Of a stretch of DNA of 64,000 bases, positions 1 to 10,216 are shown piece after piece. Positions within the stretch are counted from its first letter, which is position 1; the number at the start of each line of letters is the position of its first letter. Made by a program: the position numbers and the translations under genes. Under the pieces are notes generated by a model. The model saw only the letters and a list, made by a program, of their open reading frames with translations, did not search any database and had not been told where the DNA came from. Origin of the DNA: Promethearchaeota archaeon (GTDB lineage Archaea > Asgardarchaeota > Lokiarchaeia > Sigyniarchaeales > SOKP01); the NCBI GenBank assembly GCA_019058295.1, contig JAHPZI010000014.1:47935-111934 (forward strand). The letters run 5' to 3'.

Positions 1-2
1 AT

Positions 3-332
3 TATGAGATAACTTTAACGCCAATACTAGTAATTCCTGAAAATGACCCAATTCTATTAAACATGACTATTTCGGCTATAGGGTATACGGATAAATATTA
101 TGAATTATATCTTGCTGTTGATCCAGAAGCTGTTAATATAACACCTGCATCAAAACCATCTCCGCCAGGCGAAGCGGTGGGTGACGGTGATGATAGTGAC
201 GATAATGATGGTGCTCATGGTGATGATGATTTATTACTAATTATTGGTGTTGCATCTGCTATATCTGCTATCGGTGCTGTTGCTGTGATTTCCGCAATAT
301 TGATTAATAAGCGATTAAAATTTAAACGTTAA
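3..332 (+). CDS. 3' end of a cell-surface protein (acidic linker, C-terminal TM, basic tail); 5'-truncated by the window
   Basis: Frame open from nt 3 (YEITLTPILVIPENDPILLN-MTIS...); GDGDDSDDND linker, hydrophobic helix, KRLKFKR tail. Confidence 0.75.
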   Translation, partial: YEITLTPILVIPENDPILLNMTISAIGYTDKYYELYLAVDPEAVNITPASKPSPPGEAVGDGDDSDDNDGAHGDDDLLLIIGVASAISAIGAVAVISAILINKRLKFKR

Positions 333-549
333 TATTAAATTAAAAATTAATAAATTTTTTTTTCCATTCTATTTCTCATTTCTATTATATATTATAGAAC
401 AAGTATATGAATAATTTATGAAAAAAATATACTATAATTAATATTAAATTTAATTTCTCTTTTTCCAAATTGTTTTTTATGTTTTTACTCTTTATATTAT
501 TATCCTTGTGTAATATTTATTTTGAAGTAAATAAAAATTCGATACAAAA

Positions 550-1755
550 ATGAGCATTCGAATAGATGATGAGTTATGTACTGGGTGCGGTTCTTGTGTT
601 GCATCATGCCCCTATGGTGGGATTGAAATAATAAATGATAAAGCGTCTATAACAGAAGAATGCACTTTATGCGGTGCTTGTGTGGAAGCGTGTGTTGTTG
701 AAGCAATTATTTTAGAACGGGAAGAATTTAAAGGGAAAAAAGTTGATATTTCTCAATACAAGGGAATTTGGGTTATAGCAGAACATTACAAAAATAAAAT
801 TCATGATGTAGCGTATCAACTATTAGGAAAAGGGAGAGAATTAGCTAATATTTTAAAGGTAAATTTGAATTTAGTAATATTAGGAGATAATTTTGACAAT
901 CAATTGGATGAATTTAGTTATTATGGCGTAGATGAGATAATTTATGTTAAATCTAAAATTTTGAAAGATTATTATTCTGATTTATATGTGAAAGTATTGA
1001 CTGAATTAATTAGTAAAAATAAACCGGAAATTATATTAATTGGAGCAACGCCAACTGGAAGAGATTTTGCCCCAAGAGTAGCAAAAAGATTAAATGCTGG
1101 TCTTACAGCAGATTGTACTGGATTAGATATAGATATTGAAACAAGAAATCTACTACAAACTCGTCCTACATTTGGGGGAAATATAATGGCCACAATCAGA
1201 ACTCCAAGGAGCAGACCACAGATGGCTACCGTTAGGCCTGGAATATTTAAGACCCCTGAAAAGGTTAAAAAAGAAATAAAAATAAGAACAATTGATTACG
1301 ATTTCAAAGAAAAAGATTCAGTTTCAAAAATCGTAAAGATAATCACTAAAGATAAAGTGGAAGTAAATCTTGAAGAGGCAGAAATAATTGTTTCTGGGGG
1401 AAGAGGTGTTGGTTCTAAAGAAAATTTTAAGATCATAGAAGAATTAGCTACTACTTTAAATGCAGAAGTGGGAGGATCAAGAGTAGCCGTAGAACTCAAT
1501 TGGATTGATAATGACCATCAAGTAGGGCAGACCGGAAAAACCGTTTCGCCAAGATTATATATAGCTTGTGGTATATCAGGTGCAATTCAACACATCGTCG
1601 GTATGCAAAATTCTGATATAATAGTAGCAATTAATAAAGATGAAAATGCTCCAATCTTTAAAACCGCTCATTATGGCATAGTTGGAGACCTTCATAAGGT
1701 TATACCTTCTCTTATAAAAGAGATAAAAAAGGTAAGAGCTGAAGAAACAATTTAA
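550..1755 (+). CDS. etfA: Electron transfer flavoprotein alpha subunit with N-terminal 2x[4Fe-4S] ferredoxin domain
   Basis: Two CxxCxxCxxxC motifs; GLTADCT, RPTFGGN, SGGRG, QVGQTGKTV, GISGAIQH. Confidence 0.93.
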   Translation: MSIRIDDELCTGCGSCVASCPYGGIEIINDKASITEECTLCGACVEACVVEAIILEREEFKGKKVDISQYKGIWVIAEHYKNKIHDVAYQLLGKGRELANILKVNLNLVILGDNFDNQLDEFSYYGVDEIIYVKSKILKDYYSDLYVKVLTELISKNKPEIILIGATPTGRDFAPRVAKRLNAGLTADCTGLDIDIETRNLLQTRPTFGGNIMATIRTPRSRPQMATVRPGIFKTPEKVKKEIKIRTIDYDFKEKDSVSKIVKIITKDKVEVNLEEAEIIVSGGRGVGSKENFKIIEELATTLNAEVGGSRVAVELNWIDNDHQVGQTGKTVSPRLYIACGISGAIQHIVGMQNSDIIVAINKDENAPIFKTAHYGIVGDLHKVIPSLIKEIKKVRAEETI

Positions 1756-2377
1756 ATAAAAATCTTTAATTTTTCTTCAGAAAAAATTGAAAAAAAGGAA
1801 ATAGATTATAAGAAAAAAAAGTAATGGAATGTATTATAGTCATAAGTACATAAACCTTAGTGGAGGAATAAATTAATGGCTAAAAACATTCCACTACAAG
1901 AAGAAAAATTTTCTTCAAAATTATATATATTTTTTCAAGTATAAAAATTTAACTGATAAAGTATCAATTTTATGAAAGCTCTATTCGATTATTCTATAAA
2001 ATAAATTGGTACAACTTAGATTGAGAGTCTCGAAAAACTTCGAGAATTTTTAGATAATAATTGAGAAATAAAAGGAAAATAAACACATAAATTTAATTAA
2101 AAAAAAAATTTTTTCATGAAATTCATGGGATAAAAATTACTTTTTTTAAAGCAAATTATCCCAATTTTTTTACAAAAAAAGATCAAAACCGATATTATTA
2201 AAAAAAAATAATAATTTTATTAAGATCTTGATAAGGAAAAAACTATTTTTAAACTATTATTAGATTGAATTTTTTGAGCTATACCATAATTTTAAATTCA
2301 TTTAAAATAAATTATTTTTTAATCAAGATTTAATTTCAATAAAAAATCAAATATATTTGTAAAAAGGTGAGATTATT

Positions 2378-2851
2378 ATGGGTAAAGATGATCCAAAACA
2401 TATACCTCTGGTAGGATTAGATGCAGATTATGTTGGGCGGTCACCGTGGGATTTTTATAGTTGGGGACATATGGCTCTGGGAATCGCGTGTTTTTTGCTC
2501 TTATCCTTATTTATAACTGTACCCGAAGCTTTAGGAGGACAAGCTTTAATTCCATGGTGGCTTGTAATAATTTTAGTTCTAGTTATATTGCTTGTTTGGG
2601 AGGGTTTTGAAAACGTAGTGTTGTGGGGCTTAGGTTGGAAATTTGAAGATCGTCAGGACTCTTTTTTGAATTTTCTATGGGATATGATCTTTGGTATGGC
2701 TACTGCTGCGGTGATGTGGTTATTCCAGTGGATAATAATGGACGTTTTAGGAGCGCTTGGAAGGTGGTTCTATGTTGCAGGAGCAATTTCGTTTGGCGTA
2801 GTTATTTTGGCCTATCTTATTGGATACTCAATGTATAAGAGTCAGGAATAA
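2378..2851 (+). CDS. Multi-pass membrane protein, DUF2585/VanZ-like putative metal-binding family
   Basis: DFYSWGH, WEGFEN, DSFLNFLWD motifs; about 4 TM; AGGTGA SD upstream. Confidence 0.6.
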   Translation: MGKDDPKHIPLVGLDADYVGRSPWDFYSWGHMALGIACFLLLSLFITVPEALGGQALIPWWLVIILVLVILLVWEGFENVVLWGLGWKFEDRQDSFLNFLWDMIFGMATAAVMWLFQWIIMDVLGALGRWFYVAGAISFGVVILAYLIGYSMYKSQE

Positions 2852-3011
2852 TTTCTACATTTCTCTTTTCAGATTAAATAATTTATAAATTCGTTTTTTT
2901 ATTATTTAACTTTTTAATTTTTTATTAAAATCGTCTATTATATATTGGAAAAAATTATAATGTCAAAATGTTAACTATTTAATTAAGAAATAATAATTCA
3001 AGACCTTTCTA

Positions 3012-3812
3012 ATGAATAAAAAAAGATTTTACGAGGCACACACAAATTTTTCTCATAGAACAGTATCAGAGTATCTTATTTCTCCAGGTATAAAATGTAA
3101 ATTTGATCTTTTAAAAGCAAATATTGGCTCAAACATAAATTTTAAAAACGGAATTGATTTGGGCTCTTCAGGAAATTCATTTTTGTATTTTTTAGGAAAT
3201 ATTGCACATAAATCTACTTACGATATCGCATACTTACCATTAAAGCAATATTCTAAAATTAAATTAAAGAATTTAGATAATGGAGCTTTAAATCAATTTT
3301 GGCATCCTATGTGTGGAGATCTCACGAGATTGCCTTATCGTGATAAAACATTTGACTTCATTAGCGCTCTTGATGTCTTAGAACATATTAAAAACGATAA
3401 AATAGCAATATCAGAAATAAGTAGAGTCCTAAAAGAGAATGGAGTCGCTATTATAACGGTTCCCCATAGAATGGAGAATTATACTCATCAAGACCAACTA
3501 ATAGGGCATTATAGGAGATATGAAATTGAACAAATCTATTCTCTTTTCGAGAAATATGATTTAAAAAACATAAGAACTTTCGGAGTATATGGAAAATTTA
3601 TGAAACTTGCTGACATTCAATCAGTTAATCCAAAAAAAACAGAAGAAAATTTAATAAAATTACGAAATTGGTATGAATCAAATATTCTTTTTCATAAGTT
3701 TTGGGACATAGTAGTTAATATTGGAGCAAAATTAATGAAAATTGACGCGAAATATCATTCACTAAAAAAAGTAATGAATATTGCGTTTATATTTAAAAAA
3801 CAGTTATTATAA
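3012..3812 (+). CDS. Class I SAM-dependent methyltransferase
   Basis: IDLGSSG, GDLTRLPY, DVLEHI, RVLKENG, GHYRRY. Confidence 0.85.
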   Translation: MNKKRFYEAHTNFSHRTVSEYLISPGIKCKFDLLKANIGSNINFKNGIDLGSSGNSFLYFLGNIAHKSTYDIAYLPLKQYSKIKLKNLDNGALNQFWHPMCGDLTRLPYRDKTFDFISALDVLEHIKNDKIAISEISRVLKENGVAIITVPHRMENYTHQDQLIGHYRRYEIEQIYSLFEKYDLKNIRTFGVYGKFMKLADIQSVNPKKTEENLIKLRNWYESNILFHKFWDIVVNIGAKLMKIDAKYHSLKKVMNIAFIFKKQLL

Positions 3813-3828
3813 TAATTCCTTTAATGTC

Positions 3829-4236
3829 TTAATCGTTATAATCGTTTTTCAATTGTTCAAACATTTCTTTATATTCATCAATAAACTTTTCTTCTTTTGT
3901 TTCTTCAATTTTTTCGATCAATTCAATCGATTTCCAGAGAGCCTCAGCTCGTTTCTTAATTTTATTCAGATAAAATTGTTTATTGAAAGCTCCTTTTGAT
4001 AAAGTTAAAGTATTTTTCATCTCATTTATGCTGGCCTCCATTTTGTTTTCTACTTCAATTACTTTATCAAACACGCCAAGTTGTAATTCTCGTTTTCTCT
4101 GTTCTAATTTAATACAATTTTCACACACAATTGTCTTTAAATCTTCGTCTTTATTAACTAAAAAAGGATTTCCACATCGAGAGCATGGTTTTAATTCGAG
4201 TACTGGCATATCCTTGTCGGTCATTTTAAACCCCAA
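3829..4236 (-). CDS. Hypothetical protein, Zn-ribbon plus coiled coil
   Basis: CSRC...CENC followed by a helical charged region. Confidence 0.7.
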   Translation of the reverse strand: MGFKMTDKDMPVLELKPCSRCGNPFLVNKDEDLKTIVCENCIKLEQRKRELQLGVFDKVIEVENKMEASINEMKNTLTLSKGAFNKQFYLNKIKKRAEALWKSIELIEKIEETKEEKFIDEYKEMFEQLKNDYND

Positions 4237-4367
4237 TTAAGTATTTAATTAAGTATTTAATTATCTTAAATCTTTGATTAATATAATATTTTAAGTGATT
4301 TTCCCTTTATTATCTTTTTATTAACATTTAGAAAAATAATAATAATGTGCTAAATTTCTCCATTTAT

Positions 4368-5177
4368 ATGGAACTTTTATGGCAAATAATTATTTTGCTA
4401 ATTTTTGGTTTAATTGTTGGGATGATAGGTACTATTGCAGGTATCGGTGCTGGTGTGATTATCGTCTCAATTTTAACACTTTTCTTTTTTATTCCAATAA
4501 ATGAAGCAATAGACACATCTACTTTTATAATTTTAATAGCTTCCGGAGCAGGGTTTGTTACATACCTAAAGCAAGGAAGGACCGATTTGAAATTATCGTT
4601 AATATTAGCAGGATTTACAATTTTAGGGAGCTTAATTTGCACAATAATATTTTTAATAATTAAAATAGATAATACAGCTTTAAGATTAATATTTGCAACT
4701 GTGATGGTAATTACAGGATTAAACATGATATATAAAGCAAAAAAGACACATAAAGATTCAAAAAATCAAACTGATGAGAAGGAATTACAAGATTTTTCCT
4801 TAAAAGATTTCGATTATAAAGCCAATCTTAAAAAAAGCATCCCGTTATTTATGTTAGCAGGATTTTTAGCTAATTTAATAGGAATTGGAGGAGGCGTAGT
4901 GATGGTACCTACTCTTAATATTGTCTTAGGATATCCAATTCATAATTCAACGGCAATATCAACCTCCGTTATATTTTTTACAGCAATATTTAATACGATT
5001 GTCAAGATAATTGTTGGAAAAATAGATTATTTAATAGGGATAATGATAGGGATTGGGGCTGTTATAGGATCGATAATAGGAGCAAAAATTTCAAATAAAA
5101 TGCCAAAAGTCACGCTCCAGAGTTTTGTGGCAGTTATTTTAATTAGTTTAGGGCTCTTGATGTATTTTAGTAATTAA
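4368..5177 (+). CDS. Sulfite exporter TauE/SafE family membrane protein
   Basis: Duplicated GIGAG/GIGGG motifs, about 8 TM; ATG at 4368 (track starts at GTG 4347). Confidence 0.88.
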   Translation: MELLWQIIILLIFGLIVGMIGTIAGIGAGVIIVSILTLFFFIPINEAIDTSTFIILIASGAGFVTYLKQGRTDLKLSLILAGFTILGSLICTIIFLIIKIDNTALRLIFATVMVITGLNMIYKAKKTHKDSKNQTDEKELQDFSLKDFDYKANLKKSIPLFMLAGFLANLIGIGGGVVMVPTLNIVLGYPIHNSTAISTSVIFFTAIFNTIVKIIVGKIDYLIGIMIGIGAVIGSIIGAKISNKMPKVTLQSFVAVILISLGLLMYFSN

Positions 5178-5321
5178 AATTCTTATAATATGATTTCCTT
5201 AAGGTAAAAAAAAGCTTAAATATTTACAAGTTTAAAATTAAATAAATGTCAGCAGAAAAAAATGAATCCAAGTTTATCAGAAGTAGGGATGTTCAATAAT
5301 TTTTAGAAGGATGCGATTGTT

Positions 5322-6134
5322 ATGTCAAGCAGATTTGGTTTGTTAAGATTAGAATACACTTTTAGCGTTATAATCCCTATGTTAATGGCTATTTATCTTA
5401 ATCGCTTAAATCCATTTTATCATCTTGATATCCTTATTGGTTTTATATTTTTAGCAATTACAGGAAATACGTGGAATGATGTAATTGATATGAGGGATCC
5501 AACTGAGACTGAGACTTTAAAAAGAGTGGAGGGATATCATCCTAAAGAGATCTTTACTATAGGAGTAGTTAGCTTCACGCTAGGCATCACTTTATTATTA
5601 AGAACTTGCATTCAACATTTTCTTAATGCGATTTTCTTAATCATAATCATAGTTTCGGTCTTATTATATTGCTTATGGTTAAAACCAATTCCTTTTTTAA
5701 ATCATATTTCACTGGGTATATCCCACATGCTTTTACCGTATTTTATGATTAAAATTGATGCTGGTTTGCCATTATTAGATCTTATTACAGAATTGCCATT
5801 ATTAATCACATTTTTTGCCTTTGCTCTCACGGGTCAATTTGTACATGAAGTAATAGATTCGGATTCATTGACGAAACACTTTAGTTTAAGACAATGCCAA
5901 ATAATAATAATTATTTCTTCAATAATTTCATTTATATTAGGATTATGGGCTTTTATAATTTTAAAACAATTCTATTTCTTTCCTTTCGTTTTCCTACCAA
6001 TAGGTACTATTTATACATTCAGGCGTCCAACTAAATCTACTCAAGGAGTAAAGGATATAGGAATTTTAATTGGAAATTTCCTATTAATATATTTTATATG
6101 TTTAATTACGCTTCAGATGGTCGGAGTAATTTGA
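5322..6134 (+). CDS. UbiA-family prenyltransferase
   Basis: LLRL N-terminal motif, WNDVIDMRD and HEVIDSD aspartate motifs, many TMs. Confidence 0.75.
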   Translation: MSSRFGLLRLEYTFSVIIPMLMAIYLNRLNPFYHLDILIGFIFLAITGNTWNDVIDMRDPTETETLKRVEGYHPKEIFTIGVVSFTLGITLLLRTCIQHFLNAIFLIIIIVSVLLYCLWLKPIPFLNHISLGISHMLLPYFMIKIDAGLPLLDLITELPLLITFFAFALTGQFVHEVIDSDSLTKHFSLRQCQIIIIISSIISFILGLWAFIILKQFYFFPFVFLPIGTIYTFRRPTKSTQGVKDIGILIGNFLLIYFICLITLQMVGVI

Positions 6135-6251
6135 GTGAAAACTCATTAAACAAGTAATTATCAAAAATTTAGAAATATTAATTAAATTAAAAATAAATAT
6201 AATATATTATAAACTCGACAAAATACTAATTCTTTGAGTTGATTAAATAAT

Positions 6252-6479
6252 ATGGTTAACATGAAAGATATCGAAAAACTTATGGAGGATTTTATGTTAG
6301 ATCCAGATGTAAAGTTTGGCGAATTAAAAACATACCTTTTAAATGAATTCGAATGGAATGCAGATCCCCTGAATTCTCAATTTTATGTTAGAGGACTTCC
6401 AATATCAGATGATAGTAGTGTAAGTGAGATGCTAAAAAAGCATTTACCTAATGAAATTATTGTACTTAAGGAAGTTTAA
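6252..6479 (+). CDS. Small protein, possible ubiquitin-like (beta-grasp) fold
   Basis: GAGTTGA SD-like site; Ubl-like residue pattern (see findings); abuts amrS. Confidence 0.6.
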   Translation: MVNMKDIEKLMEDFMLDPDVKFGELKTYLLNEFEWNADPLNSQFYVRGLPISDDSSVSEMLKKHLPNEIIVLKEV

Positions 6480-7532
6480 ATGTATTCCATTAATCCAAAA
6501 TTTTTTAAAAAATCTAAATACCAAAAGAAAATTAACGATAAAATTTCTCAATGTCTAACCTGTGAAAGAAAATGTAATATTTCATTAGGAAATTCCGGTT
6601 TTTGTCAGACTCGGATAAATAAAGATGGCGAAATTTTTACTATAGTTTTTGGTTGTATTCCTGCTTTATCTTTTAATCCTATTGAAAAAAAGCCGTTCTT
6701 TCATTTTTATCCCGGAACTATTGCTTTAACAATAGGGACTTATGGATGCAATTTTAGTTGTTTCTGGTGCCAAAATCACCACCTTTCCCATCCGAAACCT
6801 TCTGTTTTGGATAGAATAAGGAAGGAAAAACAATTTTTATCACCTGAAAAAGTCATAGATATCGCATTAAGAAATAATTGTAAAGGGACGTCGATCTCTT
6901 TTAATGAACCTACACTATTATTCGAATATTCTCTTGAAGTTTTTAGATTAGCTAAGAAAGAGGGTTTATATAATACATATGTCTCGAATGGCTATATGAC
7001 TGAAGATGTATTAAAAGATTTAGCCAAAGCTGGCCTTAATGCAATAAACATTGATATAAAAGGAAATGCTGATATGGTTAAGAGATATTGTGGGACGGAC
7101 ATAGAAAGAGTATGGGAAAACGCTAAATTAGCAAAAAAATTAGGGGTACATGTCGAAATTACTACATTAATGATTGAAGGTATAAATTCGGATGAACAGA
7201 TTATTAATAAGATTGCTGAAAGAATTTTAAATGATTTAGGTGCTGATACCCCTTTTCATATTTCTCGATTCTTTCCCCATTATAAATCAAATGAACATGG
7301 AATAAATACACCTACCTCAATACATCTTCTAAAAGAAGGTTATAAAATCGCAAAAAATACAGGATTGGATTTTGTTTATCTTGGAAACCTGCCCAATACG
7401 GATTATGAGCATACAAAATGTCCTCAATGTTCCAAAATAGTAATTAAACGAGTTGTTTTTGGTATTGAAGAAATTTGGATAGATTCAGAAGGAAAATGCA
7501 AAAATTGTGGCTTTCCAATATGTAGGGTTTAA
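6480..7532 (+). CDS. amrS: AmmeMemoRadiSam system radical SAM enzyme
   Basis: N-terminal CxxCxxxC...C, PIEKKPFFHFYPG, CNFSCFWCQN, FNEP, SRFFPHY, C-terminal CxxC...CxxC. Confidence 0.92.
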   Translation: MYSINPKFFKKSKYQKKINDKISQCLTCERKCNISLGNSGFCQTRINKDGEIFTIVFGCIPALSFNPIEKKPFFHFYPGTIALTIGTYGCNFSCFWCQNHHLSHPKPSVLDRIRKEKQFLSPEKVIDIALRNNCKGTSISFNEPTLLFEYSLEVFRLAKKEGLYNTYVSNGYMTEDVLKDLAKAGLNAINIDIKGNADMVKRYCGTDIERVWENAKLAKKLGVHVEITTLMIEGINSDEQIINKIAERILNDLGADTPFHISRFFPHYKSNEHGINTPTSIHLLKEGYKIAKNTGLDFVYLGNLPNTDYEHTKCPQCSKIVIKRVVFGIEEIWIDSEGKCKNCGFPICRV

Positions 7533-7603
7533 TTATTTTTAATGAAACTTTTTTAATTCACTAAATTTTTTTAGTATTTTGTTAATATAAATCATGTAAA
7601 GAT

Positions 7604-10216
7604 TTATCCAATTTTCTCTAATGCTTCAGTAAGAATTTTAGGAATATCCATAATTTTTAAGATATACACAATCTCCCCTTTAGTTGTGTCTAATATCCAT
7701 TTGGCATAACGTTTAGAATAAGATCTTGTATTCACACCAAGCATAAATTTAACTTTTTGATTAACATAGGATTGGAGTTCTTTCTTGATTTCTTGTTCCT
7801 TCTCGAAAAATTGACAATCCGTTAATAAAAAACAAATCTTCATTTCAGTAGTAGTTTCCTCTAATTGTTTTGCACCCCAATTTAGAGCTGCTTGAACTCT
7901 TGTACCGCCTCTAGCATGCAAATCTAACAATTCGTCTGCTACATCCTCTAAATTCTTCTCATCACCAAATTTCTTTACTACATGTGTATTTGATTCAAAA
8001 AAGCATATTGCCACCTCATCTGCTCGTAAACTACCAATAAGAACCATGACTGCTATTGAGCACGCAGCTAATTTCATACCGCCCATAGAACCCGAGATAT
8101 CTAACATAAAGCAAATTGAAACCCTTCCCTTTTCTGTCTCAGCTACCATAAGATCTTCAGACATAATCATATCTAATGATTTTCCTTGCATAACAATATT
8201 TTCAATGGACGCATCAATATCAATTAAATCCATATCATCACCTTCTATAAAAATGCGAAGCTTATTAGTAGGTATAAGCCCTTTTTCACCACTACCACGT
8301 TGATTTGAAATCATATTAAGAGCTATTTTGATTAGAGCATCTTTCACCAGATTTCTAACAAAGCTTTTCATTTTAGAGGGAATTTGTTTCCTGCTCATGA
8401 ACCATTGAATTAATAAGTTATCTCCTGGACCTGCCGTAAGTGATTCAGCTAATTTTTGTTGAGCGTGTTCTCCAAATTGTTGGGCTTTACTAAATGCTTG
8501 TCCTAGGTTATGATGTCCAAGAGCACCCATAGCTTGAAGATTTCCATTACTTAGAGCAGATTGCATTAATTCTTGGATCTGAATCCCTGTAAGATTTCCA
8601 ATATTTTTCATAATGGATGTATAGCGTTGAAAATTTCCTAATTTATTTGCAATCATAGATTTAAGAAGTTCATAATTCCCTCCTAGTATTTCTAATATTG
8701 TGGGTTCTGGAAGTCCTACCTTTATTCCTAATTTAACTACTTCATTTTTATCCAACGAAACATGTTGGCTAACTAAGGATCGTAAACAATTTTCAAATAT
8801 TTCTGGTGTTGTGGCAGCCTCTAAAGATTTCATTCCTGCAATTCCGGCATTCTTTTGAAATCTCTTACTACACGAATCAAAGACAGCTTGGGATGATAAT
8901 TGCATTAACTGCATAGATAAATCTGCCATATTATAAGCCGCTTGTCCCTTTTTTGACTGTATATCATTCAATTGATCTTGAACGCATTGATCAAGCATTT
9001 TTTGCCATTGTGTTATATCAGTTTGCGCTTGAAAAATTTCAGGTAATGTTGGTGTTGAATTATTTTTACTCCACTGATTAAATAAATCATTTGTTAGGCT
9101 TGTATTAAACATTTGATCCATTGTGCGAGTAATATTAAACGCACCACCCATATCTTTGTTTAAACTATTTGTCATAGTTTTTTTATGATCGAATTGAGGT
9201 ATATATTCTAAAACAGACGAAATTTCCATGATATCTAACAAATCTTTAGCTCTCTGGACTAGATTATTAGCAAGATTTTTAGCGGCACTTGAATCTAATC
9301 CTGCTTCCTTTAAATAACGTGCAGTTCTGGCTGCTGTCCCTACATCTTCGTTTTTCATGATGTCCGAGAGCGTTTGTTGAAAATTAGGATCGTTCATACA
9401 ATATTGAGTTGTGGATTTTATCCAAGGAACTGTTGATTGCTTTATAATATTAGATCCCCACCCTAATTTAACAGATGAAATTATATCTTTTGGTGAGATT
9501 GTGTTTACTTCTCTCATTATTGTCTGTTGAAGATAATCTTTAAGCATTTGAAGAGAATTAAGATTTTTCCCCAAAATATCTGAATAACCGTTGCGCTGTT
9601 CTAATATATCTATTAAACTTTGATAGGGTTCTTCACCTCTAGCTGCTCTATCATAAAGATCATTAATAAAATCCATTAAATTTGAAAAATCTTTCAATGT
9701 CTGATCTACAATATTTTCCATATCCAAATTATCTAAATCAAGTCCCGAATCAACAAATTCAGATAGTAATTCATCCATAAAATCTATCTTATCAGAATCA
9801 TCTTTATCTTGCAGTATTGCTTTTGTGCTGGGAGTGCCTGCTTTTGCAGATCCTTTCGTTTTTGGTTCTACCTTTTTTGGAAAGATAATATCAAAAGCAA
9901 TTTGACGCGCAACTTCTTGATCTTCAATGGGGGTTGTTATAACTGCTGCTTTAATAAAATCCTCAGGTACTAAAGTAACCTTACGATAATACATTGCAGT
10001 TAATAATTTTGGTATAGCCACTGCTTGCCGTGTACTTGGTACGTTTAGCAATTTTTTTTGAGTTTTTCGCATTTGAAAGATAAATTCTACTGTAAATGAA
10101 ATAGGGGTCCATTCTAAAAGTTGATTTGTACTAAAATCACCGATATTTCCTTTGTCAATTTGTTTTCCAATCATTTCTACTATTTTATTAATTTTAATGA
10201 AATTATGAAACTCCAA
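7604..10216 (-). CDS. Large vWA domain protein, partner of the MoxR ATPase
   Basis: C-terminal MIDAS DISGSM...GGT...LLTDC; overlaps the MoxR stop. Confidence 0.85.
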   Translation of the reverse strand: MEFHNFIKINKIVEMIGKQIDKGNIGDFSTNQLLEWTPISFTVEFIFQMRKTQKKLLNVPSTRQAVAIPKLLTAMYYRKVTLVPEDFIKAAVITTPIEDQEVARQIAFDIIFPKKVEPKTKGSAKAGTPSTKAILQDKDDSDKIDFMDELLSEFVDSGLDLDNLDMENIVDQTLKDFSNLMDFINDLYDRAARGEEPYQSLIDILEQRNGYSDILGKNLNSLQMLKDYLQQTIMREVNTISPKDIISSVKLGWGSNIIKQSTVPWIKSTTQYCMNDPNFQQTLSDIMKNEDVGTAARTARYLKEAGLDSSAAKNLANNLVQRAKDLLDIMEISSVLEYIPQFDHKKTMTNSLNKDMGGAFNITRTMDQMFNTSLTNDLFNQWSKNNSTPTLPEIFQAQTDITQWQKMLDQCVQDQLNDIQSKKGQAAYNMADLSMQLMQLSSQAVFDSCSKRFQKNAGIAGMKSLEAATTPEIFENCLRSLVSQHVSLDKNEVVKLGIKVGLPEPTILEILGGNYELLKSMIANKLGNFQRYTSIMKNIGNLTGIQIQELMQSALSNGNLQAMGALGHHNLGQAFSKAQQFGEHAQQKLAESLTAGPGDNLLIQWFMSRKQIPSKMKSFVRNLVKDALIKIALNMISNQRGSGEKGLIPTNKLRIFIEGDDMDLIDIDASIENIVMQGKSLDMIMSEDLMVAETEKGRVSICFMLDISGSMGGMKLAACSIAVMVLIGSLRADEVAICFFESNTHVVKKFGDEKNLEDVADELLDLHARGGTRVQAALNWGAKQLEETTTEMKICFLLTDCQFFEKEQEIKKELQSYVNQKVKFMLGVNTRSYSKRYAKWILDTTKGEIVYILKIMDIPKILTEALEKIG

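Noticed and set aside
4236-4263. Tandem 12-mer AATTAAGTATTT
   Set aside because: Two copies in very AT-rich DNA; not CRISPR-like, no spacers.
5246-5321. In-frame TAG (5304) in a possible N-terminal extension of the UbiA gene (MNPSLSEVGMFNNF*KDAIV); pyrrolysine or readthrough considered
   Set aside because: The ORF from 5322 already contains the expected LLR start motif, and there is no supporting recoding signal.
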